Program-made: the position numbers and the translations under genes
Shown here: one piece after another, positions 1 through 11,900 of the stretch
Position numbering within the stretch: the stretch's first letter is position 1
How the letters are laid out: each line of letters begins with the position of its first letter
The notes under the pieces: model-generated
What the model was told of the DNA's origin: nothing
What the model saw: the letters and a program-made list of their open reading frames with translations, nothing else
Database searches by the model: none
NCBI GenBank assembly: GCA_030141605.1
Contig: JAQGDQ010000024.1
Coordinates: 744,001 to 808,000, forward strand
Length of the DNA stretch: 64,000 nt
Reading direction: 5' to 3'
Origin: Tubiluchus corallicola
Taxonomy: Eukaryota > Animalia > Priapulida

Positions 1-59
1 ATCAGTTGCTCGCGTCATCTCTAAGGACAGTGAAGGAAATTATAGTTGGACAGAGGCAG

Positions 60-330
60 GACAATGCGCACGACAAATTACCTATCATTAACGATGTTTC
101 CACATCGCCTGGGAGCGCACTGATAGCAGGTGAGATCCAGTATTAACACAGGTGTAATTAGAAAGTACTCATTCACGATATTCAGGTAATATACGTATCA
201 TTACGGCTTCTTATTATCTCAATAACTCAGATCTATGGTGAGCTGCTCGCGCTCTGTCCACTGACGCAGTGTAATTGTTATATGGCTTCATTTGTTCTTA
301 ATAATAAACAATTCGTATCTAATCAACTTC
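60..330. promoter_or_regulatory. Enhancer-like block: clustered CAGGTG/CAGGTA and TAAT motifs
   Basis: GCAGGTG at 126-132, CAGGTG at 149-154 (abutting TAATTA), CAGGTA at 183-188, and several TAAT/ATTA. Function is inferred. Confidence 0.35.
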
Positions 331-559
331 AGAATGAGGTTGATACATGTCTGACATCAAATTAAGTTTTCAATGTTGATGCGTTTTCATCTAAACCTAA
401 AAGTAAATTTAGTAATGCTAGGACTAGTGTAAACTTATTTTAATAGAACAAGCTGTTTAAATCTCAGCGGACCTAATTTACTATTATATAATAGCTCTCG
501 CCACGATGGCCCATTACATCGTGACTTCAATTCAAGATCGCTGCTCGCCTTTGGGCTTC

Positions 560-815
560 ATGAGCAACAGGTACTATAATGGCGAATGCAGAAGGTTTCA
601 GAAAGGCAAGAATGGACAAGCAACAACTGTTACAATGGTGGATCCTCGAACAAGCTACAATAACTAGTAACATCTACTACAAAGATGGACTCAGCAACGA
701 GGACTTTAGCAATGAACACGCGACAGGTAGAATGGTGGCGGATCCAGAGAACGGACTTCAGCGATATCATTTTATTGAGCAAGCAACAGGTACGACAATG
801 GCAAGAAACAGAAAA
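560..815 (+). repeat. Four degenerate copies of a ~30-35-bp unit (GARCAAGCAACAGGTACNAYAATGGYGGATSCAGA-like)
   Basis: Copies start near 562, 616, 714 and 777. Confidence 0.55.
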
Positions 816-3364
816 GAAGGTGATGGCTTCACAAACATACAAGAAAAAGAGCAGTGCTGGATCAAAAGCGCAGACCTCAGCAACACAACAAAACCTGCAG
901 TAAATGCAAAAGCGAATTCACTTCAATTCAATTTTTTAATGATCCGACATACGTATAAGAAAGAGGATCTGAAACTGAATGAAAGCAATTTTGTTATGAT
1001 ACATAATCTATACAAATGCAAATTTAAAAGTCGTCACAATTCAAAAGGCCCTGAACACTGTAGACAGCCAAAACATCGAGTAAAAAAATTTGAACCGATG
1101 TAAACTTAAACCTTATGTCTGTCAATTTAATGAGTAAATATGCGATTATCATCATATTCTGGAATTCACATCACCTTGTACAAGAGTACTAGGAAGATAT
1201 TTGTAAATGCTATTCAACAGCAGTACCCTTCCGCGTAAGCCATTTACAACAAAGCATTAGAAACGCATCAGCCCCCGTTTTTTCCATTGCAGACACAAGC
1301 AAACAAACGCAGGAAAAATATTATAAGTGTTACCACTCCTCAGACGTAGTTATAGATTTTCCATGTATAATTCTGCCGTCCCGGAATCGATCATCGTGGT
1401 AACCGGGCGATCACCCAACAGGAATCCGGTACCCGGCGTAGAGGGTGTTTGAATTAGAAAAAACGAGGCGGCTTCAGCACGGGAGTGCTGTAAGGTTGTC
1501 AACGTGAAGTGAGAGAAATGTGGTATGGAATTACTTCGCGAATCAATTTCAGGCCGATCATTTCCAAGTTAGGAAACGCGGAGTCTGGAATGTACCTGGA
1601 TGAGGGGCTGTTAGGTTCAATGACTAATTCGCTGCTCTTTGTAATTCCAAAAAAGGAAACCAGGGAGGGGAAAACTAACTCAAGTCAAGGAGTAAGCTCA
1701 GCAAATTCCTATGAACTCATTTATTTAACTCAATGATCTTTAGAATAGAATAAAATAGCAGTTTTGCCAGTGTTACTTGGATCGTTTGAAACAACGTTAG
1801 TTGGAGAAATTAGTTATAACAGCGTTTAATTAGTAGACAACTGACTCAAACTATTTACGATTACAGTTTAAGTGTTCGGTAATTTCACTTAGAAATTTAA
1901 TACACAAACCGAATACAATGACTTTTATAAAATCGTGAAAGTAAACACGTGTGGGCAATTTTTTGCAAGGAAGCCAGTGTCGTTTCGATCCACCAATGAA
2001 ATCAGCGGAATGAGGACGATCAGCTTCCAACCAGGAATCATCCTAAATGAGATAATACCTCATCAGTGTCTCTCTCTATCCCCGCTGTTGTATAAGCAGA
2101 ATCATTAAGCTGACTAACGAACCAAACTCATTAGAACTTCTTACAAAAACGACCCACAGCAATGACTGAGTAGGCATCAGAGAAGGGCATCCCATTAATT
2201 TTAGTATCCTTTAAAACAGCTAGAATCCAAATTTTACGGCTTTCGGGAGTCTGTCGTGTTCTCTCCAATCTAATTTAGGACAACTTTGTTAGAACAGGGA
2301 GCTGCCCATGCAGTGCGGTAAGTTTTAAACTCAACCAACTAAATTTAACTTTAGTAAGTCAGTTTAGGGTAATTGGGATAATTATGGTAAACATCGGTAT
2401 TATTATGGCATACATGTCACAATCTCATAAATATCGTCTACTAGTTTGCTAACTTATTTTCAATGCGCATCAGTGTCATGGAGTTACTGATTTCCTCTTG
2501 CCGTTATCGTTCCCGTTGTTGTAGCCGTTGGCTGGCAATGGCACGTCTCAGTCTTCGATGTTGAGGCTATCAACCAATGAACTGGCACATTATCGAAGTA
2601 GTTGAAATAAACGTAGCACTATTAGTTTGTTTAAAAAACTCTACATGGCGCTACGGACCCTGTGGCAAAACATGTAGTGACTAATGGTAGAAATACACCA
2701 AATGTATTCCTGAATAAGGTCAGTTAGAGGTTATAATGGAGATTAACATGAGAGGGCACCAAGACGTCATCATAAAAAATGCGCACAAAAAAGTAAAATT
2801 AAAGCAGAAGACTGAAACAGTTAAAATGCAAACTTATCGTGTTGACTAACCGATGCCTTCAAACATAAAAAATATGCAAAGCGTCATAACATGTCAGTGG
2901 GCGTGTAAGATAAGATCACCCACTTAAAAATGTAACATATTTGCATCTGTATCTTAGTTAAGCTTTGTTTTGTTTCTGCATCTTTTAATGTATACTAAGT
3001 AAGCAATACTGGTGATCCCAGACCATAGCCAAGTTCAAACGTCTTCGAATGGTTATCATTCGACAAATTCATCCATAAAGCTCAAATTGCGGCTCACAAA
3101 ATGCATCGAATCGACAAGTTTTTCTCGCTAAAACTATAAGCGATAGGAAAAAATTCCCTTTTAAATTTTACTTCTCAGTTATTGGCGCAGACAAAGACCT
3201 TCATTGGCTTTTTACTTCGGTTTTACCAAAAACTTTTCAAAGTGTCACAGAAAAATAATAAATCGGGGCCCCATAAAACAACCAAAACGCAGAACAAGAA
3301 CCGCAATCATTAAAAAACTAACAAGATATCCAGAATGTTTTTTTAGTCTGGCTTTTTTACACGC

Positions 3365-3790
3365 CCGAGTTAATGAATAAGAAAATAACACGTGCATGGA
3401 AAATCAGGTATCTGTGACAGGTGAAAACCACAGCAGTTACTCTATACAACTATTTACTTTTCATCACACGGTGCTATTAATGAATAAGTAGACGCAATTA
3501 TCACCTGTTTTTCATACGGCTTTGTTTAAAAGCCAGCACACTTGTTTTTTGTTTTGATTAGCTTGTGACAACACACGAATCTATTTTTCAGCGTTGTGTC
3601 AACATTGGCTCAATATGTTCATGTTCATTATAGTTTCATCATGTCTTCCCGTAATTACGTGTCAATTACTATTATGACAACGTTTATTTTTACGTATACG
3701 TATAATCACAACCTGTCGAATAATTAAAAACCTTTGGTATTCACTGAATAAAAAAATCGTCGAGTTAGCGTTACTGGGACACCTGCACCC
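3365..3790. promoter_or_regulatory. Enhancer-like block: E-box/ZEB-type, TGACA and TAAT motifs
   Basis: CAGGTA at 3405, TGACAGGTG at 3415-3423, CACCTG at 3502, CACCTGC at 3780, and TTAATGAATAAG twice (about 3370 and 3477). Function is inferred. Confidence 0.35.
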
Positions 3791-6700
3791 GTACCTTATT
3801 TGGGGTCTGGTGACACACAGTTTAGGTGCGGTCAAACGAAAACCCACTCTCTCAAAATTCGGTTTCTTATTACTGTTTTTATAATGTAAAAGAGAGAGAG
3901 AGATTATACAATTTGATAGACAGACTATAATCCTGAAACTACGATATAATAAATAAATATCCGCGGAAATTTCAGACTCAAAATTAATGAGTAAAAAAAT
4001 TAATCGAATTAGTTAAAATCATTCTAGTCTGAGCGATCTAACACTGGAAATGCTGAATTAAGTTGGCCAGCTTTAAGAGATAAACTTTAGACTGCATTGA
4101 CCATTGCGCAATACAGTGACCTAGTGTCTAAGTCGACTGCCTTGTAAACAGAAGATGCTGGTTGAAAACCAGACTGCATTCCAACTTTTTCACACTTCCT
4201 GCCTTTCAGTCTTAGTATCAAAATTTAGTATGAACTGTTACTTTGTGCCATAATTACAATTATAATTTGAAAAAAAACTGCTAAAGGGGACGTCAGTGAA
4301 AGTGTATTAGCTAGTCCCATCACAAATTAAATTAACGGGAGCTCTCTTATGCAGAATGCAAGCGTTGTGAAAATGTCTATGTTATACGGAACCGACGAAG
4401 TTCAGTTTCCCAACGTTCATAAAGTATAATATAAAACTATTGGAAATTCTTTTTCCACGTGATACGTACCTACATAGGTACCACCCCTACCAGTACTTAA
4501 TCTACCTGAGCACCCACACATAAAACTGCGATGCCCGAAAGAGCAAGGAAAAGTGCAAGAGCTGAGCATTATCTACGCATAGATAAATCCACTATGAGGC
4601 CATTTTAATCACAAATGAAAATACGATCAAAAGAGTCTCATTGATGAATCACTTGATGGGTCCGGAGCTCGGATATTTTTCCAAACGACTTTATTTACTT
4701 TCACAAATCAATGAAATTCATTTCCAGATGGAATTCTGGAGAGCAAATTAAATTGATTTTCACTGATTCATTCTGCAAAATGAACAGGTTTTAATAACCA
4801 CGCGCCAGTCACACAACTTCGGAAGCGGATCTAGGCACAATTTAGATACATAATGCAGTACGAAAGATATAATATGTACCAATTTTGCTAAAAAGGTCAA
4901 CGGTTTTATAGCTCACGAGCTGGGGAGGGTGCTGGACTGCTGGTCAAGAACTCCTGACAAATGCAACGCCACATCACATTCGCAAAAAACGAGCTCACCT
5001 GAAAAAATTTATTCAAAACGAAAAATGATAATGCGAATAGATTAATAACCGATCTATCGACAGCAGGATAACAAAATGACTGTGAATTACCAGCCAAATA
5101 AGGATGTGTGACCTTGAGAGCCTCGCAAAGGTCTTGCAAAGTCCGTTGTCAAAGTCATGCCAATAAGCAGCAACGCTTCAGAGTCAAAATTATAACAAAT
5201 TTAACCTCAAAACGACAATTCGTTGAGAAAAGTGGGTAGTTAAACATACCTTCTTTCCGAACTTTAATTCCTTTTTTCACAAATGTATTTCTGACATTTC
5301 TTGACGACACTTTACTCAGCAACAGTCTTCAGAAGGAAAATTTTTGTTAATGAAATTAACAGTATTGGGTCTTACTTTACACCTAACCAGACAGGTAAGA
5401 GTTAAATGACCCTCAAACAAACGCCAGGTTTTAGACATGCACACAAGAAATATGCTAATGACTATACTTTTGCGAAGCTTTATGAATTTTAGCAAGACAT
5501 TCTTGAAGGTCAGCAAGCAACAGCGAGAAAATTTCAAATTCTGATGCAATGGTTGTTACGCACACGCAGCCTTTTAAGATCCATAAAATATTAAATATTT
5601 TACTGATTATTGCGCGATTTTGCCAAGAAAAATACAATAAGCTAACACAGACATACTCACTTTAATCATCTTTTATACTATTTACTATAATCATATTCAC
5701 CATTTATATAATGCCTTTGATAACTAATAATAGTATATTAATGAGAAGAAAAACGGGCGAAAATGAATGGAGGGAATTGATCAGCTCTCGCTTTTTTCGA
5801 TATTTTAGATATAAAAAAAAAATACATCGTTCATTATGTATACATGTGTGATGTTCGTGTCAAAACATTATCTAACATTGTTTAGTGTTAAGTGCAATTA
5901 CTCACGCACACAATTGACAATATACACTTAATTTACACCGACAAAAACTCATCAAATGCACCTGTTGATTGGTTATTTAATGGACAGGTATAGGGGGTTT
6001 GTGCAGTTGTACTGCATATGCAGAATTATGACTGAAAGGGCAATCAGCAGCATCACAAATTAAAGAAATTGCAGAAATGATTTGCATGATAAATAATGTT
6101 TTTTCATAGAGCAAAAAATCATTGAGACACAGACTGCCCAAGTGTAGAAATATCATCGAGCTTTGGCATAAATAAAAGTAACAAAAGTTATCTTCAGGTC
6201 CAATGTCAGTTTAAGCAAATGACCTTAATGTCAACAATAAGTTCACTAATAATTTTAAAAATATTAAAAGCCGATGGCTATGTATGTATGCATATATATT
6301 ATAGAGTTGAAAAAATGTTTACACACGTTGGATCGCTGCAGGGTGGCGTTTTCGAACCTACCCTATTTATGCAATATTTGAAAAATTTTGGTTTTAATCT
6401 GACTGGCAAGCAAACATCCAAGAATAGTCCGGTTATACTAATAAGTGGAACCACGATTTAACACCTGACGTATATGCGTAGTCTTCATTGCTTAAAGGGC
6501 TGATGTACAAGATGAACTCAATTCAATTCATGTGATGCATCAAACAACCGCTAGTTTTTGACATGTTTAGCCAAGGAGAAACGCACATAACGCTTATTTA
6601 CGCGCGCTCTTAAACGCACGACCTTTTACAGCAATTTGCATGTAATTTGTTTTCCGCTGTTTTCTTATTTTCATGTTCTTCGTGTTCGAAATTTTACCTC

Positions 6701-7148
6701 AAATCACGGATAAACTGGCTTTCACGAATTTGATTTGCATGGCCGCGTGCAGCACATACTAATGGCTTGTCAGCTTCCGACGTCAGCTCTATCATTTAAT
6801 TGCTTCATAAGCATAATATATTCCTTATTTCCATTTCTACAAATCCCGCGGCCAAGATTTCATTTGCGATAGAACTTTGCTTTAATTTTGTTTGCCTTGT
6901 AAAATCCGGGGATTTTGTTCATTTTGATTGCAAAATCTAATGCAAGAATTGTGATTTTTGATTAAAACGCCTGGAAACAATCGTCGGTCGAGATTAGCAT
7001 TCCTGTTCGGTCTGATTGCATCGGCCGCACACAATAACCGATGTAATTGCGTTTATGCTTGTCAAGACAACTGCATTTGAATGTGTGTCTGTGGTGTCTA
7101 ATTTCTTTTCAGTATAAATTCCAATATCATTATGCCAATATCCCTTAA

Positions 7149-7203
7149 CTCTGTTACGTCTTAACGAGTTATGACGTTTAAACTAGACGGACGTAGCTGG
7201 GAG
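7149..7203. mobile_element. 55-bp TTAA-flanked inverted-repeat element (piggyBac-type MITE relic)
   Basis: TTAA at 7145-7148 and 7204-7207. Left end CTCTGTTACGTC versus reverse-complemented right end CTCCCAGCTACGTC. Confidence 0.45.
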
Positions 7204-7314
7204 TTAAAGCGGTTACACAGCTCGAGTTTTACTGAAAATAGGCCTAGCAGTAAAGTGGCTACAGAAAATTTAATTAATTAAACTTTTTAATTATTTTTAA
7301 GCCTTTGGTGACAA

Positions 7315-7565
7315 CGCTCCTAAACTTTAGATTTTTTTCTCTTCACGTTGCCCTAAAGTCTTAAAATTCGTATCAGTCTCGTCACACACATCCTGAAATC
7401 CTGGAATTCATTTCTCTACTTATGTTCAAAAGTCCTAATTTCATTTCTGCGTCTTATTCATGTTATGCCCTAAAGTTCTAAAGTTCATTTCTGTGTCTTC
7501 ACATACTCTTAAGTTTGTTTCTGTGCCTTTACAATGTTTTGAAGTCCTAAAGTTCGCTCTGCTCT
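7315..7565 (+). repeat. Degenerate ~35-45-bp minisatellite (CCTAAAGTCCTAAAGTTCATTTCTGTGTCTTCACA-like)
   Basis: About six imperfect recurrences of aagtcctaaagttcatttctg variants. Confidence 0.65.
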
Positions 7566-8779
7566 AATATCTTTTATAATGTTTTATACTTCGCTGAAGA
7601 ACAGAAGACCATTTTCACTGTTATTCACGATCTGCAAGCCACTTGCCACTTTAAAGTAGCGATTTCCACAGCTTTTGACTTTTCCTGAAGTAGTTTCCTA
7701 GCTCTACAGTTTTACTGAAAATGTGTAGATGCGAAACTAAAGTTCCCGACCCGAAATTTGACAGAAATGGTATTTTAACCACTATAAAAAGTGCAGATGT
7801 GCCTGCTCTCCCCCATCCAAGACCTTTCAAGAGCAAGCGCTGCCTAGCTACGCTTACAATGGATCCACCACTGTGTTCTACCACAATCCAGGAGCCTATA
7901 TGTGAGACCAACAATAGCCTCCTGTCCAAGTATCAAGTTAGGAGAAGCCAGAACGATTTTGTTTTCAGCACGAAAGCAGTAATTAATCTGGATGTTTAGC
8001 TATAGACAAAAATGCGTGCGAGCAAATTAAATTGCTTATCTGAGTGTGTATGCTGGGAAGATGATTACGTTTGTCATCAACTGTCATTAACTGCGTTTAT
8101 TTAATTTGCTTCTGGTGTACAAGGCAACCAGGGGGCAAAATGTATCCGCCTGCACGAGTGGGCGTCATATTATGAAAAGCAGCTAACAGATGGCGCGACA
8201 AGACTTCAGTGAATCCGCTCCGGTAACCAATGAGGCAAATATTTTAATTAGAAATGCAAGAATTTAAAGAACAGCGCGACTAACACTGTTCAGTTGGTTA
8301 AAACGCTCTGGCTTAGGTTTTTACAATAATTCTGAAGCCAAACTCGGTCAACATGACTATAAACCAGCGTCCGATTCGCTGACACCGAGCACATTCCAGG
8401 GCATATTAAGACCAGTGCAAGAATTCTCAGCAATAAAAACGGTTGCATGTTTTCTCAAATAGCTGTTCCCTTACAGGAAAATATCGATCTCCACAAATAC
8501 AAGTTTTATTAAATATTTGCGATAGTTAGAAACGCAAAGTTTGATTGCGCCTGTCCGCCATCACGGGAAACCCAACAGTCTGACTAAATCATTCATCACA
8601 AATTAATGGACGCCGTATTTGAAGAGCATTTTTTAACCTTAAGGATAAACTCTGTATGGATCGTGATTAACAATCATGAATTTTGCATTCCTGCAGAATG
8701 CACTTTCAGCAGTTGCATAGAAACAAATATGATAGGGGAGTGGAGACGAGCTACGAAAAAAAACATGAGCAAGACGAGA

Positions 8780-8985
8780 AACGAGGTGGAGAGAGGGTGG
8801 AAAGATCGAGAAAGAGAGAGACAGGGAGAGAAAGAGAGAGTGCGAGAGAAAGGACAAAGTGAAAAACAGGAAGGGGAGGAAGAAAGAGAGAGAGAAGGCG
8901 AGAGAGAGGAGAAAATTAGAAAAAGAGAAGGAGATGGAGAGAGAGGGGCAGAGGAGGGAGAGGGCAAAAGGGATGGAGGTGGAAC
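8780..8985 (+). repeat. Purine-rich (GA-rich) low-complexity tract
   Basis: Nearly all A/G; it produces the spurious ERER and SLSL ORFs. Confidence 0.9.
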
Positions 8986-11900
8986 TGAAGGGATACCGCA
9001 CGTAGATACTCGGTGGAAAATTACAAAAATTAATCGTTCACTTAAAAACTGTTCGAGGAGAATATCGAAGCCTGAGAAAAGTTGCAGCTACAATAACGGA
9101 AAATAAAACACTTTTTACGTGCCAACAGCATTTTCAAATTCGTGCAAGACTTACACACTTCCAACATCCCCAACTCCCCCGTCCTCAGCCTTGTGTCTGC
9201 ACGAAAGAATTTACATCATCCTTATAATTAATGGTCTCCACTTGAAATGGAAGAATTATGCTCAAGCGCACAAGAGTATTAATTCACCATTAGTCATTGC
9301 TGAAGTTGCAGCGAAACGGAAACTTTTTGTCTCTAGAAATAAACGATTAATAATAATGGCTTGCTGATCTTACATATCAAGCGTTAGATGAAACCTTGGA
9401 CGAGATATAACCACTAGAGCGTTGTAAAGCGCATAGAAAAGAAAAACAGGCATCTCTGAAATTTTCAAAAAAGTTCTATGAAAAAGCTGATGAAGTGAGT
9501 GGTTACAACAATGTATGCGACCTGCGACCTAAAACAATGTAACACGTAGACCTACACGAATCGAAGTGAAAATGGATCGAAAACGTATGGTTACACATAT
9601 GAGAAGAAAGGCTAGTTCATAAGAGAAAAATGCTTTTAGACTACACAGACAAACTACGAAAGCTTCATTGTCAAGAAAACAGGTATGCAGGCCCAAGACA
9701 AATTTAAGACTTTTCTAAGAACAATTTAATGAGAAATTAATTTAAGTACAATCACTGAGGGAATCTACCACAAAGAAAGATGATCTGCCAAACTATCTAA
9801 CTAGACAAGACATGATGATAAAGCAAAGACACTGAGCTATAATTAATGAAAATAAACGTCACACGAGGTTTTGAATTCATTCGCGCGTAATACTTGCGTA
9901 TCACTGCGTGGTCTACTTTCGAAGGATCAGTGACAGGAAGCTCTGGAGATATGTGCAACAACACTCCACTTATCTCCTCTTCCTCATTCTCAAACATCCC
10001 CTACAGGCGTATCAGGAACCCGCAGTTCGTTTATTCCACTCTGTTCCTTCATTAATTGCCTGCAATTTAAACGCAAATGGGTTTTTACTGAGTAAAAACC
10101 GGCGCACTTGTTCGGGCAGGCAAATTACACATTAGATTAAACACGCGCGGAGCTAGCCCCCATTTCCTGTGCAATAATTGCTGCGCGTATGTAAACTCAA
10201 CCTTAAGTCGAATGAGTAAATAAATTGCAAACTTGGTCAGTAAGAAAATTAGCGAGGAGTTCACATTCAGAAGTCAATGACTAATTAATCGGCAACCTTA
10301 CAGGCCGATTACTTAAACTCAGTTTTTTAAATTATTAGCAACTCTTGTATGGACAGCAACATTTTACTGTGATTATTTATGTGGTAATAAGTTAGCTCAA
10401 TTATTAATGGTTTCATTTTAATGAGTTCCGCAAATTTAAAGATGCTTTTCCTCAAAGTTGCATTTCATCCAGCTATCTCACCATTGTTATTTTTTCAGGC
10501 GTAGGCCTAAAGTAGGCCTGTAAGCCTCACTGCGTTACCTAAGTCCTAAACGACACGTTTCCTACTTTTATGCTACAATTCCGTTAAAGGAAAATTCTTT
10601 TCAAAGAAACTGTAATGTTGCAAATAACAAGAAATCTACTTATATGGACCCAAAAAGCCATTTTACAGATTTCTTTGTTAGAAGAAACAAAAACCTTTTA
10701 AGTTGCAAAAATTTTACTTTAAGACTACAACTCCTCAATGGGAACGCCCACGCTATAGCGTATAACTGCATTTATCATTAGCTATATACTGCGGACAGAA
10801 AAACATCCCCTGTAATCTTAGCTCGCTTATATACACTGGGGAACACTAGTAAATTACATACTAAAACCATGAGATGTTTCATCCTCCCAAATGATCTGAA
10901 TTCTAGATCCTAATTAATTAGCACACGGCTTCAGTTTCCCGGCTTCATCGCTAATCTGCTCTCAATATACTACACTATGAAATTAGCCGCAATGTGGCTT
11001 CTTGTATGTAAAATGCTATGATATACTGACCAGCGGGAAGAAGCCGGTTACTGTTTTCACTATTACTGACCTTGTAGACGAAGCTAGGCCTACACGACAT
11101 ACCAAACAGCTAATTATTTTGGGCAGGTGTAATACGTCTAACACTTGATGTTTGGCTGTTTTTCACTCACACGCAAGCTTCACAATCAAGGGTAAAGATT
11201 TAAGTCCTAACTAAACTGTAAGCTACAAACAAACAAACGAAAAATGCCAGCTAAGATATTAGCGGAGACAGATAGCAACAGACCAATATGAGGAATATGA
11301 GCCATCTATCATCATATTTTAGATAAGATAGCTCACGTTGTCTCTATCTCCACAGTTTGTAAACCTAAATGTTCTTCAGCTGAAAATAATTTTCCAAACA
11401 ATCCACTGTCAATTTTTGTTTCTATGGTGATAATAATTATTGCCGAAAAATCAAACAGGTCAAGTCAGTGATAATAAACTTGTCGCGGAACGTATCAACA
11501 AAGTACTGTTAATCATAGCCTCAATAAAGTCAACAAGAGCTTTGATGAGATACCTGTTTACTTTCACCTAAACAAACATACAAAGTAATCTAGGTAAATA
11601 AATGGTAAAATGACCCGACACAATGCAAGCATGGCTAGTTTTATACAAAAATTACGCAATTACCAACAGGCGTACGCACCCGACGCTAATAACGCCGTAG
11701 GCTTGCGCGCTCGGTTAGAGCGATCTGGTATTTAGCAGTTAAATTCTAGCCAACGATTAATTCCCTGAATGTTTGGTTAATTTCGCGAAAATGAGAACTA
11801 TTTACAGTGCCATCACTGCTCTGCATTCTGATGAAACCTTTAATATTTGCAAATTTAAGTAAACGCGCGTTTTTAATGACCGTAATATCCAGCCCTGCAG

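Noticed and set aside
8606-9106. ER-rich and SL-rich ORFs
   Set aside because: Translation of a GA-rich low-complexity tract; the same applies to the ORFs at 25716-25959 and 31832-32063.
9797-10000. Protein-like minus-strand ORF MFENEEEEISG... as an extra exon
   Set aside because: Weak acceptor, no convincing donor and no recognisable homology.
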